In this document: positions 14,331 through 27,871 of the stretch, in pieces | Layout of the letters: every line of letters begins with the position of its first letter | Numbering within the stretch: position 1 is the first letter of the stretch | Assembly: GCA_964016885.1 (NCBI GenBank) | Contig: OZ024742.1 | Coordinates: 345,402,001-345,466,000, forward strand | Source of the DNA: Eledone cirrhosa | Taxonomy: Eukaryota | Direction of reading: 5' to 3' | Length of the DNA stretch: 64,000 nucleotides | Program-made: the position numbers and the translations under genes | Notes under the pieces: generated by a model | Told to the model about the DNA's origin: nothing | Seen by the model: only the letters and a program-made list of their open reading frames with translations | Database searches by the model: none

Positions 14331-15062
14331 CCACTTCTCTTAAGTTATAGCCATCTAGACACCCTCCCTGTTGCTTCCATGTTGTTTTATTGGTTGGCTT
14401 TCCTCTTTATACTGACTAGAATCTACCAAGAGTGATCTACGAACCATCGATTGCCACTCTCCACACGCATGCACCTCGTTCTCCTTCCACCCAATCCTGC
14501 AGTAGTTTTCCATCAACACCTGGTACTTTCTCCTCTTCCGTGCCTCCAATAACCTCTTCCCAGCACAGCAGGTAACATTTAACAGAGACATTTGTTGAAA
14601 CTGCTTGGTGTCATTTGACTTTCTTTTCATTGAACCTACCGTATATGCTAATGTATAAGGTGACTAGGCGTATTTAGACGCCCCCCCCCCCTCAAATGTT
14701 CAAGTTACAATGTAGGTTCTGAACTCTATTCGCCGTACAAGACGCCTTCCAATCGTATTTTAAACTGCATTGTATTGAATTTATTAAATAACTTCAGTAA
14801 TCATATACTTTCTTTTCAATAAATTTCTAAAGAAAATATGGTGATAGATAGTGTCAATTGTCTACCACAATTTTCACTTAACGTTCCCCTACCATATCCT
14901 ACCAGGCAATTATTACAAGATCAGCTGCAGTAATAAGCACTGGTGATGTCACTTAGAAAACAATTGTTATATAGAGATTAATGTTTTATTGAGAATTGCT
15001 TACAGGTAAACTATTTTAAAATAGTTTAATACATCTAATACAATTCATACAACATATTTTAT

Positions 15063-15285
15063 AATTGGTTCTACTTTAGGCACAAGGCCAGTAATTTGAA
15101 AGGGAGGGGAAAGTCGATTAAATCAATACTCCAGTGCATAACTGGTACTTTATTTTATCGACCTCGTAACGATGAAAAGCAAAGATAACCTCGGTGGGAT
15201 TTGAAATCAGAAGGTAAAGGGCTGTGACTATATGCCACGAAGCAGGATGTCCGACGCTCTACCGATTCTGCCAATTCACTGGCCT
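15063..15285 (-). mobile_element. tRNA-derived SINE, Meta-domain-like
   Basis: rc contains B-box-like GATTTCAAATCC and CTTTTCATCG..GAGGTCGATAAAATAAAGTACCAG core. Confidence 0.8.
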
Positions 15286-15299
15286 TATATATTTTATAA

Positions 15300-15482
15300 T
15301 AATTGTTTCTACTTTATGCACAAGGCCAGCAATTACCCAGTACATTATTGGTACTTTATTTTATCGACCCCGTAAGGATGAAAGGCAAAGTCAACCTCGG
15401 CGGGATTTGAACTCAGATCGTAAAGGGACGTAACTACGCTGGAAAGCATGGCGTCCGACCCTCTACCGATACTGCCAATCCA
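15300..15482 (-). mobile_element. tRNA-derived SINE, Meta-domain-like
   Basis: rc: GGCAGTATCGGTAGAG..GAGTTCAAATCCCGCCGAGGTTGACTTTGCCTTTCATCCTTACGGGGTCGATAAAATAAAGTACC. Confidence 0.85.
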
Positions 15483-15712
15483 ATAATAACAACTTACCAT
15501 AAACTACATGATTTAAGGTTTACATTATATACATGGAGTATAAGACGACTCCCGATTTAGGGAAGGGGGTAAGGTTAAAAGGTCGCCTTGTACGCCGACA
15601 TATACGGTAAGGGGTTAATATATGGTTATATGATTGAAGTGATTTCAGGCATCAATAGTTATAAGATTAAATTGATCTCGTTGCTTTTTTACTTCTTTAT
15701 TTTAATATATTT

Positions 15713-15921
15713 AGGGCGGTGTGTCGGCAGTAATCGGTAGAGCGTCGGACAACATGCTTTGCGGCATGGAGTTACGGCCAATTAAGTTCTAAGTTCAAAT
15801 CTCACCGATGCCTTTGATCCTTGCGGGGTCGATAAAATAATGTACCAGTAATGTACTGCGGTCGATTTAATCGACTTTCTCCTCCCCCAAAATTGTGGGT
15901 CTTGTGCCCAGATCAGATAAC
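15713..15921 (+). mobile_element. tRNA-derived SINE, Meta-domain-like, abutting the LINE 3' end tail-to-tail
   Basis: A/B-box-like head, GCCTTTGATCCTTGCGGGGTCGATAAAATAATGTACCAG core, CTTGTGCC..AGA 3' end. Confidence 0.85.
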
Positions 15922-16189
15922 TTTCTTTTTATTTGCCACCAGGGCATCAAAAGTGGGACAATTACAAAGGGGGAGTTTACATGCAAAGGCGTCCTCAATA
16001 TGGAGGAGGCAATACCAAGATATAAAAGTATAAAAATAAAATAAAATATAACAAAATAAATTTTATAACAATATCCTCAATAGGGAGGAGGCGCCTTGGG
16101 GGGTCGCACACACCCCCGAAGAAAGTGTGCAACCCTTCTCCTCAGGAGCACAGAGAGGGGGTGCTCCCTTGGTCTTTCATTTTCCTCAT

Positions 16190-19100
16190 CTATAGTCTGA
16201 TGTAGAGTGAAGGCCCATTCACACGGGCCATTCTCGCCACTTTCACCCATCTTTCATAAAAACGGCTGGGGTGCAGCACCTCTCTCTCCATCCTGATCCT
16301 TCTTCCGAAATGATATCGGAAGAAACGGACCAGTTGTTGGCCAGAGAGAAAGGTGTCTGACCTCAGTCCTTTCAGACGCGTCCACCATACAACCTCTTTC
16401 GCCATGGCTATTACGCACAGAAACACCGCCTCTCCTTCGTTTTTGAAGAGGGGAGGCGGCTTGATCGTTACAATAGACTCGGTGGTCAACCGGATCGGTC
16501 CCACCCTTGACAGCAGTTGTTCGACATAGCCCCACAGATCGGCAATGCCCGAGCAGTGTACCAATGCGTGTGCAACGGTTTCCTCGTCGCACACGCATCT
16601 GGGACAGATCTTTTTCGAGAGGTCCCTACCCGGGCGCCCGTGTCTGTAGAGCCTTTCTCGAACGGGCAGAGCCCCTCGGTAGCACTGCCAGACCAGGGAC
16701 CTCTGGAAGTTATCCATGGGTCCCGGGCTGAATGTCCTACCGAACAGGTTGGCCAGTTCGTCTTCCTCCATGCCTAGGGCTTCTCCGAGGGCGTCGTCGC
16801 ACCTGCTAACCACCAGCCCTCTATAGAATGACGAGATGGATTCTCCACTGACAACCGGGTCCGCCTGCCAGAGAGCCGTGTGTGCCTGGGCACACTCGGT
16901 GTGCTAGACGCCCAGTTTTCTCGGTCTTTGCTTGACCCAGGATTGCAGCTCGGTGAGTGAGACGAGTCTGGGAAAGGCTCGCCTCACAAACGGGGCCCAC
17001 ACCGGTTGACCGGTGAGGAATACCTGGAGGTGCCGTAGCCTTAATGCGTGTTTACGCATCATTAACCACGGCATCCCCAGCCCTCCTTTCGAAGGGTGTT
17101 GACAGCAGATGGATCTCCTCACCATAGGAGCCCGCTTCTTCCTGAGGAATTGGAAGAGTGCGCGTTCCATTTTGGCGAGCGTTTCCCTTGGGCAAGGCAC
17201 CACGGTTAGGCGGTAGTAGATGACGGACGCTATATAAGTGTTCGCCACCTCCGCCCGACCTTTCAGGGACATTTTGCTCTCGGCCAACTTCTGGGTCAGT
17301 GCAAACACCCTGTTTGTTACCTCACCCCAGTTCTTCTCCACCTGGAGGTCTGGTCCGAACCAGACCCCGAGCAAATCCACCGGGCCCTCCGTCCAGCGCC
17401 CGACGACGCCATCGGAGGGCATCGATCTGACCCTCCACGTGCCGAGTTGCAGACAGATCGACTTGTCCCGGTTCAGCTTAGCCCCTGTAAATCTTTCGTA
17501 CTCCTCCAGTAAGGTGCCGATTGCCCCGATTTCCGAGGCCGTCGACACCATTACTGTTACGTCGTCGGCGTAGGCCGACACCGCTTTCCGCAATCCCGGT
17601 TCCAACGGGATGCTCTGCAACAACTCCAACTTCCGCAGCAGTGGCTCTAGAGTCATTACATACAGAAGGGAGGAGAGAGGGCACCCTTGTCGGATGGACC
17701 GCGCGATTTCGAACGGCTCCGAGAGGTAGCCGTTCACCTTGACCCTAGAGCAGATGCGGCTGCTGTGCATGGCATTGATCCAGCCCCTGAAACGGGTCCG
17801 AAGCCTGCCGCCGCTAGCACCGCATCCAGGTAACCATGGTCGACCCTATTGAACGTCTTAGATTGATCCAAGTTGATCAGGGCCGCACCAAAGCCGGGTT
17901 CGTTCCCAACCCTCTCTATGATGTATCTCATGAGGTGGAGGTTGTCGTGGATGGACCTGGACGGGATAGCACATGTCTGCGCATCTCCCACTAGGTTGCC
18001 TACGACAAGCGCCAACCTCTTTGCTAGCACCTTGGCCAAAATCTGTAACTCTGTATTTAGCAGAATTATGGGCCTGAAATTATTTATATCGTCCCCCTTG
18101 TTCTCGTCCTTCCTCACTAGCGTGACTACGCCCTTGGTCACAGCACAGGGAATTCTCCCGTTCTGTTGCCAGTTGCAGTAGACCGCCTCGAGGAGATCGG
18201 GGAACAAGTCCGGAATAGCTAGATACAGTTCGTATGGAAGACAATCGAGACCTGGGGATTTGCGTTTGCCGCATTAGCTTAGCACGTCCTCTATCTCAGC
18301 GGCTGAAATCGGCTCCTCGCAGGACTTCGCCTCCCTGTCCAAGAGACGCGGCAGGCCGTCGGGGTATTGATCGAAGTCCACATCCCCAACCGGCTCCCGC
18401 CCCTTCCGAACAATCCGGCAAAGTGCTTTTGAAAAGCCTCGCACATCTGCTAGGTTCAAGGATCACCCGTCCATCCTGGTCTCGCAAAGACCGTATAGTG
18501 GATCTGCTCCCTCTGTTGGCTTCTGTCACGCGGGCCCAGCTAACAGCTTTGGTCCCCTCGTTTCCCAGAGCACGTATTTTGCTTCGGACGATGCAGCCTT
18601 CATGTTTCGCGTCGAAGAACTGGCCCAGGGCCGTTCTCGACGCTAGCACTCTGGCCACGTCGCCGCTCCTAATTGCCTCTTCTACACTATCTACCAGCTC
18701 CCTTTCCTTCCTATTTCTATTTGAGGCTAACTCCTTACTAAATTCTATAGAGACTACTCTAATCTCTCTTTTGAGAGATCCCCACCACCTGCAGTTGACG
18801 ATGGCGCCCGTCAAATAAAGTGCTAATCCGGTTCCTGTAAGCCTTACTTGCCGGTAAGGACAAGTTGAGCTACTAGTAACCGGGTCCCTGTCTCTGCGTT
18901 CTGTCAAGGTTGACCATGCAGCTCACTAACTTGTGGTCTGAATAGCCAACCATGCTCATTTTTGGACAACTTAAAAAGTCCTTATCCTTATTTCTAACTA
19001 AGAACCTATCTAGGTACGACCTAGATGATCCCTGCGATTTGCCCAAGTCCAGGTTGGCGCAGTTGGAAAATCTAGTCGATATATATCGGCCAGGTCAAAT

Positions 19101-19613
19101 CGACCGATTAACCCTTTGAGGCTATTACATCCCTCTCTATCAGGACAGGCCCCTACGTAGTCCCAGCGTGCATCTAGGATACCATTCCAGTCCCCCACTA
19201 ATAGCAAGGAGCGGGACGTCCCTATAAAAGTCTCCAGACGATGGAAGAAGTCCAGCCGCATTGATCCGAAAGGGCCGAGGGCGGCTACCAACCTAAACGC
19301 TCCACCTTCACCACTGGCAAGGTCCAGGACCACTAGTCGACCCTCCGGGTCCAAATGTACCGTCTGTGTTGCGAGACCCAGATGTTTTTTGCAGCAGAAC
19401 GACAACACCACACCCACCTCCGGGCTGACAGAGAGATGCGTGCATCTCAAAGTCATCAAAGGTGGGGGCCAGCTGTCGCACGTTGCTGATCCGGGCCTCG
19501 CAAGTAACCATCACATCTATACGTTGTGACCTGAGGTCATTTAGAAGCATTGCTTGCTTCCAAGTTGAGCCCAAGCCACGCGCATTTAAACAGCCTACTC
19601 TTAGCATGGCCAT
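16190..19613 (-). pseudogene. LINE ORF2 (AP endonuclease + reverse transcriptase + C-terminal Zn motif), split over several frames
   Basis: MAMLRVGCLNARGL and LVGDWN (APE); NFRPIILLNT, LDQSKTFNRVDH, RQGCPLS, AYADD (RT); CPRC..ETVAHALVHC. Confidence 0.92.
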
Positions 19614-19637
19614 GTTGGTGGTGAAGAGAAAAGGCAC

Positions 19638-21088
19638 TTACCTCTCTGCGTCCTGGGTATCGGGCTGCACAATTTCCATGAGGGTGGGGGATGGGTTGTT
19701 GGGTGGGGTGGTGGTTTGTGGAAGTGTAGGGGCATCAGTGTGTTGTGTGGTTGGGGTGTTTGGAGTTGGGTGGGTGTTTGGGGAGGGGGTGGGGTATCTT
19801 TTAGGAGGACGCGGTTAATGGGCCCGACGTAGGGGGGGGGGCACGTCCTCTTTAAAGTTGTCTTTTAAAGTTTTATAAGTGTCCTTTGGGGCCTTAATCA
19901 TTTTTGAGGTGGGGGAAATCCCCTGCCTGGGTGAAGTTAGGCCCTTGGGTTTTTATTAAATTGTTGTTGTACACAATGTTTAACAGTTTTTTGTTTCTTG
20001 TGTTTATGTATGTGTATAAATGTTTTTGTTTTTGTGTGGTGTTTTTTGTTTGCTGTTGTTGTGTGCTCTTTTGTGTTGGTGTCAGTGTTATGTTTTGGGG
20101 AGGGGTTGTTTTCATTTGTGTGTCTGAGGTGTGTTTTCTTTTTTTTTCCTTTTGATTGTGTGGAAGTGCTCCTCCTCGTCTGACGACGAACGAGGGTCAT
20201 CTTGCGCGTTGGAGGGGAGGGGTATATTTTCGGGTTGTGTTTGCGGTGCGGGTGTTTTGGGAATTGTTTTTTTTTGAGTGGGGGGGATGGGTTGGACATT
20301 GTTTTGTTTTGGTTTGAGCTGTGGTTGTTGTTTTTGTAGTGGTGGTTGTGGTGGTTGTGTTTATTGTGCAGTTGTTGGTGGTGTAGGCAGGATTGGGGTT
20401 TTCTTATTAAGTTGGGGACAGACAGCCCTCAGGTGACCTCTGGTTCCACAGAGGTAACACGAGGGCCGCCTACCCTCAACGGTAATGTTGATGAAAGTTT
20501 GATCATCCAGTATGACGCGTTCAGGGATGTGGGCGATCCTTTCGGGCCTCATTTGAACTACTAGTTCGAGGCTCGTTCCTCTGAACGCGTCACCCGATGC
20601 CTTTCCCATGGACACCAGCGTGTCCTCATCCAGGTTCAGGAAACCTGTCAAAACCCACCATATGTCCATAATCGGCAGGATGGTGTGGATTTTTATTTTT
20701 TGTGTCCTTCTACCCATGTACGTAGGGTAGAAGGTGTATGCGGTGGATGTAATTGGTTTGATGGACAGTTTCACTGCTGTGTCCCTGTCCTTCATGAGAA
20801 TGGATAGACTCACGTAGAGTCTATCCTTCTGAATGAAGGTGATGTCCTTCATGATGTCTTTTAAAACCAGCTCTATCTCACTCTGTGATGGTTGAGCTGG
20901 TTTTTTGCTTTTATTTGAGATTTCCTAAACATGACAGTGTTTAGGAGTCTCTGGCTTTTTAGTTCCGGGGGGGTCGAAAATGTACCATTTTCCCCGTACA
21001 CTATATATTTTTTGGTATCTGCCAGTAGCTCCTTCGCTTTGGTTATATCTACTGGCAGATAGTCGAGGGTTTTCCTTGCCGTCTGGGC
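19638..21088 (-). pseudogene. LINE ORF1 (RNA-binding, zinc knuckle), no start codon, frameshifted
   Basis: EGRRPSCYLCGTRGHLRAVCP knuckle; frame open from the 5' junction (AQTARKTLDYLPVD...); stop 24 nt before the ORF2 ATG. Confidence 0.85.
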
Positions 21089-21097
21089 AATATATTT

Positions 21098-21480
21098 AGG
21101 GCGGTAGGTTAGCAGACTCGTTAGTGCGTCAGAGGAAATACATTGCAGTATTTCGTTATGTCCTTCTACGTTTTGGCTTCAAATCCTGTCGAGATCAATT
21201 TTACCTTTCACCCTCTCAGGGTCGTTATAATAAAAAGGATCGATCGACTTTCGTCAAATCGGACCGAGGAAACAATGTTTCCGTTGGTCTTTCCAGTTGC
21301 TAATACTATCTATCGGTCGCAATTCCAGGTAGAAGGAGGATCGTGAAATAAAGTGTCTTGCTCAAGGATATAAAGCATCACCCGGTCCAGGAATCGAACT
21401 CACAACCTTGAGATTGTGAATCCAATTCTCTAACCACTCAGCCACACGCATTCACCAAGTGTTATAATAAAGTACCAGTA
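21098..21480 (+). mobile_element. Diverged Meta-like SINE interrupted by a minus-strand CORE-like SINE (~21236-21459)
   Basis: GTTATAATAAA is duplicated either side of the insert; insert has AAAGTGTCTTGCTCAAGG and GGAATCGAACTCACAACC. Confidence 0.7.
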
Positions 21481-21639
21481 AAATAGTCAAAGTCTGTCTC
21501 AAGCCAGGAGGCTCGTCAAGCAGGTGTTTATCGCAATTTCGTAGTGCGAAGTGTGTGTGAATAAAAGATTCTTCCTTGGATAGGATACCAGTCCTTCGCA
21601 GTGTTAAAATCTGTCTTGAGATCCCTGAGGTTAATAAGG

Positions 21640-21877
21640 CCAGTGGTTAACTCGGTATCGAGGCCTGAAGCGACTGAGAGTACAAGACATCTCCTTGGAC
21701 AGAACGTCTGTCCATTGCAGCGTTAAATCCAGCTATTGCTGGTAATCATCTTCAGCTGAGTATACTGGAGCAATGGTGAAATGAAGTGTTTTGCTCAGGA
21801 ACACAACACACAGGAATCGAACCCAAGACATTGTAATTGTAAGTGCAACACCCTTACCATTTGGCCACGTGCCTCCA
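21640..21877 (-). mobile_element. CORE-like tRNA SINE
   Basis: rc GGCACGTGGCCAAATGGTAAG..GGTTCGATTCC..TGAGCAAAACACTT..GCTCCAGTATACTCAGCTG. Confidence 0.75.
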
Positions 21878-22351
21878 AGAAGTAAAATACTGGAGGCTTA
21901 AATATTGTTGGCCTTGTATCTAAAATAGAAATCCTCTGTAATAATATATTATCGACAAACATATTCATTTGGTATATTCCAAAAGTAATATTGTTGAACA
22001 TTCTATTGAGTCAGTGTTTATGTAATAAATGTTGATATAACACAAAGTTGTGAAAGAAATATATTATTTATGTTTCTTCTTAAGCGTAATTGTTAGCTGT
22101 TAGGAAAGAGTTACTGGTGTGAGATAATTAATACTGCCTATTCATCAGGCTGAAAGAATATTATATAATCTTCGGTGTGTACAGTATCCACCATTGTAAT
22201 TACAGACAAAGAAAACACATTCTACTTTCATATGTTTAAACACAAACTTAGCCTATATTTTATATATCCACAAGATATACACATATCTCCACTTAGCCAA
22301 ACATCTTCTTACACGCAACAATATATGTATACAGTATTATTCTTTACGTTA

Positions 22352-23040
22352 GGAATGGATGGATTGGCAGTATACGTAGAGGGCGGGACGCCATGCTTTG
22401 CAGCAAAGAGTTACGGCCCTTTATGATCTGAGTTCAAATCTCGCCGAGTTCAACTTTGCCTTTCATCCTTACGGGGGTCGATAAAATAAAGTACCAGTAA
22501 TGCAGTGGGATAATTGCTGGCCTTGTGCCAAAAGTAGAAACAATTATTCCTTATGTTAGTAATTATAAGGGCGGTGGATTGGTAGAATCGGTAGAGCATC
22601 GGACACTATGCTTCATGGCATGGAGTTATGGCTCTTTACATTAGGAGTTCAAATTCCCCCAGTGTTATCTATGCCTTTCATCCTTATGGGATCGATAAAA
22701 TAAAGGCCCTGTCATGCACCGTTCTGTTCTAAGCCAAAGGCTCATCAGGTCAGTGCCGATCCTCGGTTTCCTTGGGGTTAAGTGACTGAGAGTACAACAC
22801 TTTTCCTGGATATGACGCCAGTCTATCGCAGGATTAATTTTCCAGCTACTGTTACTACTCATTCTTAGCTTAGTATATTGGAGCAATGTGAAATAAAGTG
22901 TTTTGCTCAAAATACAACAGCATCGTGTCTAGGAATTGAACCGCTGACATTTCGATCGTACTGCTAACATCCTATCCATTCGATTTAAACGACTATCCTC
23001 TCCCCAAAAGTTGCTGGCCTTGTGCCTAAATCAGAAACGA
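22352..23040 (+). mobile_element. Tandem Meta-like SINEs, the second interrupted by a CORE-like SINE
   Basis: Two heads (GGCAGTATACGTAGAG; GGTAGAATCGGTAGAG) and two GCCTTTCATCCTTA cores. Confidence 0.75.
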
Positions 23041-26000
23041 TTCCGTTGGTAATTATAAAAGACACAAATATAGACACACACATGTAGACACACACATATA
23101 AACACATTCCCAATGAATCGCCCACTGGAATCCATTGCATAAATCCATCCACAAAATTCGATATAAAATATCTAAAACATAACAAATACATATCTTTCAA
23201 CACTCTCCCAGCATTGTTTTCTTCTATGATATAATTAACCCTATAATGGAAAAATTGACAGAAATGTAAACCATTACTACAGGTACCATAAGAATAAGAT
23301 TATCTATTGCTATACAATTACGTTTCAGTGTTAAGATATAGTACCCCTTTAAATAGCAGTTTCAGGAAAGATAATTCAACTTACCTTAGATTACAACATG
23401 AATGCAGATGCCTTAAAGCTGTGTCTATATGTTGTTATATAACTCTCTTTGGGGTATTCAATTTTTATTCACGGTTATTTAAAGTATGGTTTCCGTTATG
23501 TTAAAGGTTGTATAATTTCACGAAAGTGGCCTTTTAAGATTCATTAATTACAGCTAATCAAATCTACATTTGACAGGGTTAAATAGTTAGAAATCTAATG
23601 ATCAAACAAGATATAATCGAACAGAAATATAAAATCCTTTGAGATTAAAGATTCTTGTGAAAATCGATTTAAACGAATAGGATTGTATAATTATCGAGTA
23701 TATTCGAAGCAATTATATGTTAGAGATTCTTCTAAAAATCGATTTCGATGAAAAGGATTGAAGAAGACTAAAAGAATAAACTTGTTTCAACGGTGCTGCA
23801 TTACAGTCAATGTTTTTCTTGCTGGCAGAGAATTGGCAGATTCGTTAGGACGTTGGGTTTCAATACCTCAGAATTTTGTTCGACTCACCGCGTTCTGATT
23901 TCTGTCCCTTCCAAGTCAACTTTGCCTTTCATCGTTTCGTGATCGATAAGTTCTCCCTTTGTCTCTAGTTATCTCATTTTCCTTGCGTAGTCTCTCTTCC
24001 CTTCTCGCAGAAATGGGTTGTGCCCGGACCCAGAGAGAGTTAGGCTCCGGAAACTTTAAAATATCCAAGACATGTAGGGGCTTTTAGACTTAGTGACGCC
24101 CATCCCTTTCCAGGTCTGAACACAGCCGATTTCTTCCAGAAATGGAGGGAGAAAGAAAGAGAGAAGGAAAGAGAGAAAAAAGAGAGAAGGAGAGAGAAAG
24201 AGAGAGAAAGAGAGAGAAAAAGTGAGAGAGAGAACGAACCGATCTGAGTACTGAACAGGTATATATCTTATCCACTTCAAAAGGATGAAAAGCAAAGTCC
24301 ACCTCGGTGAGATTTGAACTCAGATCGCAGATAGCCGGGACGAATAAAGCAAGGCATTTTATCCGCCTGTCATATATCATTACCCACCTCCCCCCTATGA
24401 TTCTATCAGGAGGAAAGAAAACTTTCTTTTCTTTCGTTTTCCACTTTAAATAAGAACTATATGGAGGTAGCTATAATTCAACGATGCAATTCTTCTAAAA
24501 AATCGATTTCAATGAAGACTAGATGGATATAATTGCTACAAATGCACCGTTTTTTTGTTTTGTTTTTTTGGTGTATTTTTCTGTAGTCAATGTTTTTCAC
24601 GCTGTTTGTAAACACTTCAATTTATCTAAGTATTATATCAAAGTAGATAGGGTGGCGGGCTGTCAGAGTTGTTACAACTTCTGATAAAATCAGTTGCGGT
24701 ATTCGTTTGGGTTCTTTACATTGAGTTTAAATCTCGCCGAGTTCAACTTTGCCTTTTAACATTTCGTAAACATAAAGGAAATACCAGTAAAGTACTGTGG
24801 TCGGTTCTTCTTCTATATCTATTTCTCACATCCTCTCTCTTTCTCTCATCCTCTCCTTCCTTCTCTGGAATAAATCAACTGAGTTCAGACCTTCAAAGAG
24901 AGGGTCTCTGCCAGTATTAAATTGTCCCGACGGTGCCCTATTACTCCAGACATATCAAGGTAGGTATTGACATTTACCTAGAAATATTATATGGAAAAAT
25001 GGAATGAACCCGAAATGAACGTCCGTCGGTTTCGGCGATGAATTTTCCATTCGTTTTATCAACGAAACGACCGGTTTGTGATATTAACATGCAAGTGGCT
25101 GAGCATTCCCTAGACATGTGTTCTCTTAAAGTATGTGACAAAGCTAGCTCATTGAAATAGAAGAACAGCCCATCTGACAGGCTTCCAAGCAGATACCGTC
25201 TACCAAATTTCACTCTATAGGATGGAACCTAAAATCCATCCAATGATTGCAAAGCGAACCCCTTAACCATTCGGCCATACTGCATCCACCCAATGTAAGT
25301 AATAACCACATTCACGACGCTAGTATGAGAATAAAAGACTTATGACTCCTGACCCTCAATCTTTGGTTAAAGCTTCTTTATATTAATGTTATTTCTTTAT
25401 CTCATCTGCATCTTGGTACTTAAAACCTGATGAAGTCGTAAGGGTGACAGCTGGAGTCAAACACACGACGCATTGTATTCGGTTCTATTATTCCAGAAAA
25501 TGCTATAATCTTCATTTCCTTCAAGTATCTACAGGTGCCAATGTAAGGATTATCATCACCCTAAAGAGAGTGACAAAGTGTTTGCCAGATATATATTAGT
25601 TAAATTCAGATCTACCAACTTCTAAATGCCCTAACGGGGAGTACCATGAAAGAAAAGTGCCTCAAAACGAGAAAAATGAAGCAAGATGCGGATATTTTAC
25701 ATAATGAAAGTTATACCCATTTTCACAAGAGACGCATCTCTCATCCACCCCATAGTGGGTGGGAAATATCCCCGTTGGACGGGGTGTGTTGACAGGTCTT
25801 TTACTTACCCGGTATACTCTAGATTCGCAATCGTGATATTCGTTTATCAGAGATCGATAAAATAAGTACTAGTTATATAATAAGGTCGTTCTTCTTTTAT
25901 GCTTCTTTCTCACAATCTTTCTCGTATTTTTTCCATATCTTTTCGCAGAAGAAACTGGTTGTGCTCAGGGTTAGAGATGGATGTGTTTTGCCTTGTTTAG

Positions 26001-27644
26001 ATGTCTAAACACATCGTAAACTTTAGTTATAATTTGAAATATGAAAACGAATCACGAATTCAACTTTCCGCCGAATTATATTTTTTCTTTGATGCACATA
26101 AAAACAGAGGACTAACCCTTGTGTATAACTATTTCATGTTACAGTTGAACATCAATTGTCAAATATAATAGATCCTTTACTTCAGTAGAATCGTGGTTAT
26201 CATGATTATCGTGATCATATTTTTTACAGAAAAGGCAGATTCTTCAAAATACTATTCTATTTGATCTTACAGCTATTTGTAATTTTTCTAAAGTCTGTCT
26301 CAAACCAGGAGGCTCGCCAGGCCGGTGATTACCTCAGTTTCGTGGCGGCGTGAAGCGACTGAGAATATAAAACGCTGGACAAGATGCATGTCCATTGCAG
26401 GGTTAATGTCTGTCGTCGCTGTTTACTGACTTGGAAAGGCAAAATTAACATCGGCAGGATTAGAACTCAGAGCGCAGCGAATCGGAGTATCGGATGGAAT
26501 ATAACAACATATACCCGATGTTCTGTCAATATACCGTATTCACTGAATATAATAATATAAAACATTTTGTCTGGCTTTTTAAACGTTTTGGTCCCCTTCA
26601 TCATTTTACGGCTAGCGTTGCGTTTGGACTTACGTCTATTGTCACGACGAGTATTTTAGTTGTTTGATCAATGGAACAGCTTCTTCGTGAAATGAATGTG
26701 CAAGAATGTGAGTATTCCACAAACACGCTCACTGTTAATTTAGTTCCGGGGTGATTCAGCGAGATACTGTGTGTAACAGTCTAGCCCTTTGAAATGCAAG
26801 TATAACTCCTTTTTGCCAGCTGCGATAACTGGAGCAATGCGAAAGTGTCTTGCTCAGGGACACAACACGCCGCTAGGAATCAAATTCCTGACCTTACGGT
26901 AATGAGCAGAGCATCTTTGTTGTTAAACTGTCAAATGGGTAGGATCTAAGGATTAGGGTCTTGGCTTCCACCTGATAATCAGGTTAGGAGGGAAAGGTAC
27001 TGCATGTTTTGGACTGGAAACAAATGAGCAAAAAAATGGAGACAAAATTGAAGTGTTTTGAAAGGTAAGCTGAAAGGTGAGAATGATGAGGACGACTGAG
27101 AGAGAAGGGAAGAGATAAATAAAGAGCGATGGTATGAGTTGGTCAGGGTTTGAAGTAAAAGATAGCAGTAAGTAGGAAGATTGGTGGAGGACCAAGAACA
27201 CCGATCTACATTGCGCATATTCTATGGACGCCGGTAGAATTTAAACTGTTTGTTAAAGGGTTTCTGGTGTAACTCCATTTCTATATCATCATTAATGGCT
27301 TAACATTTCGTCTGAGAAAGTTGAATGTCATTTGTTACGTGTATAAGAACCGTTACTTCACGTCTCATGCAGAGTTTGTTGGCTATTTATTAGTTCTGTC
27401 ACTATAATGTCTCTTTCTTAATGCTTGTTATTCCAGGAAAAGTAGTTGTACCCGTCGTGATCGTCATTAACCTTTCCTATAATTATATAGAAATAATATT
27501 CAATTAAGATGCGACTACATTATTTAGAAAATTGGAAATTTATACTTCCGTTTGTGTAACAAAAAATTTTTTTAGTTTTAAAATAAACGGAACTATATTT
27601 AATTTTACCAAACGCTTATTTTCTCGATTCATGTATCCAAAATA

Positions 27645-27871
27645 CAGGGTGAGCATAACGTCTTTGAAACCACAACAGTCACTGAGTTTTTTTATTTTAT
27701 AGATGTGTAACTGAAAATTACAACTACTTACTTTAGAAGAAAAAATGTAAAAGATTTTCAGAACAACTTTCAATTTGAAATTTATAAATTAAAACAATGA
27801 AAAAGTAAAATCTCAAATAGTATCTGAGATATGGAATTTTATAATCAGGGAAAGACTTTATGTTCACCCTG
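27645..27871. mobile_element. 227-bp Tc1/mariner (maT-like) MITE
   Basis: TA flanks; TIRs CAGGGTGAGCATAACGTCTTT and (rc) CAGGGTGAACATAAAGTCTTT. Confidence 0.85.

Larger units (their letters stand above)
14639..15607. mobile_element. Non-autonomous Tc1/mariner (Tc2/pogo-like) DNA transposon containing two SINE insertions
   Basis: TA flanks; TIRs CCGTATATGCTAATGTATAAGGTGAC and (rc) CCGTATATGTCGGCGTACAAGGCGAC; subterminal GTATAAGACGAC repeat. Confidence 0.7.
15922..21088 (-). mobile_element. L1/Tx1-clade non-LTR retrotransposon, 5'-truncated within ORF1, decayed by frameshifts
   Basis: ORF1 with CCHC knuckle, then APE-RT-Zn ORF2, a 3' UTR, and AATAAAAAGAAAG terminus on the minus strand. Confidence 0.93.

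Noticed and set aside
25426-25450. CTGATGA A GTC..GAC hammerhead-like start
   Set aside because: No GAAA after stem II
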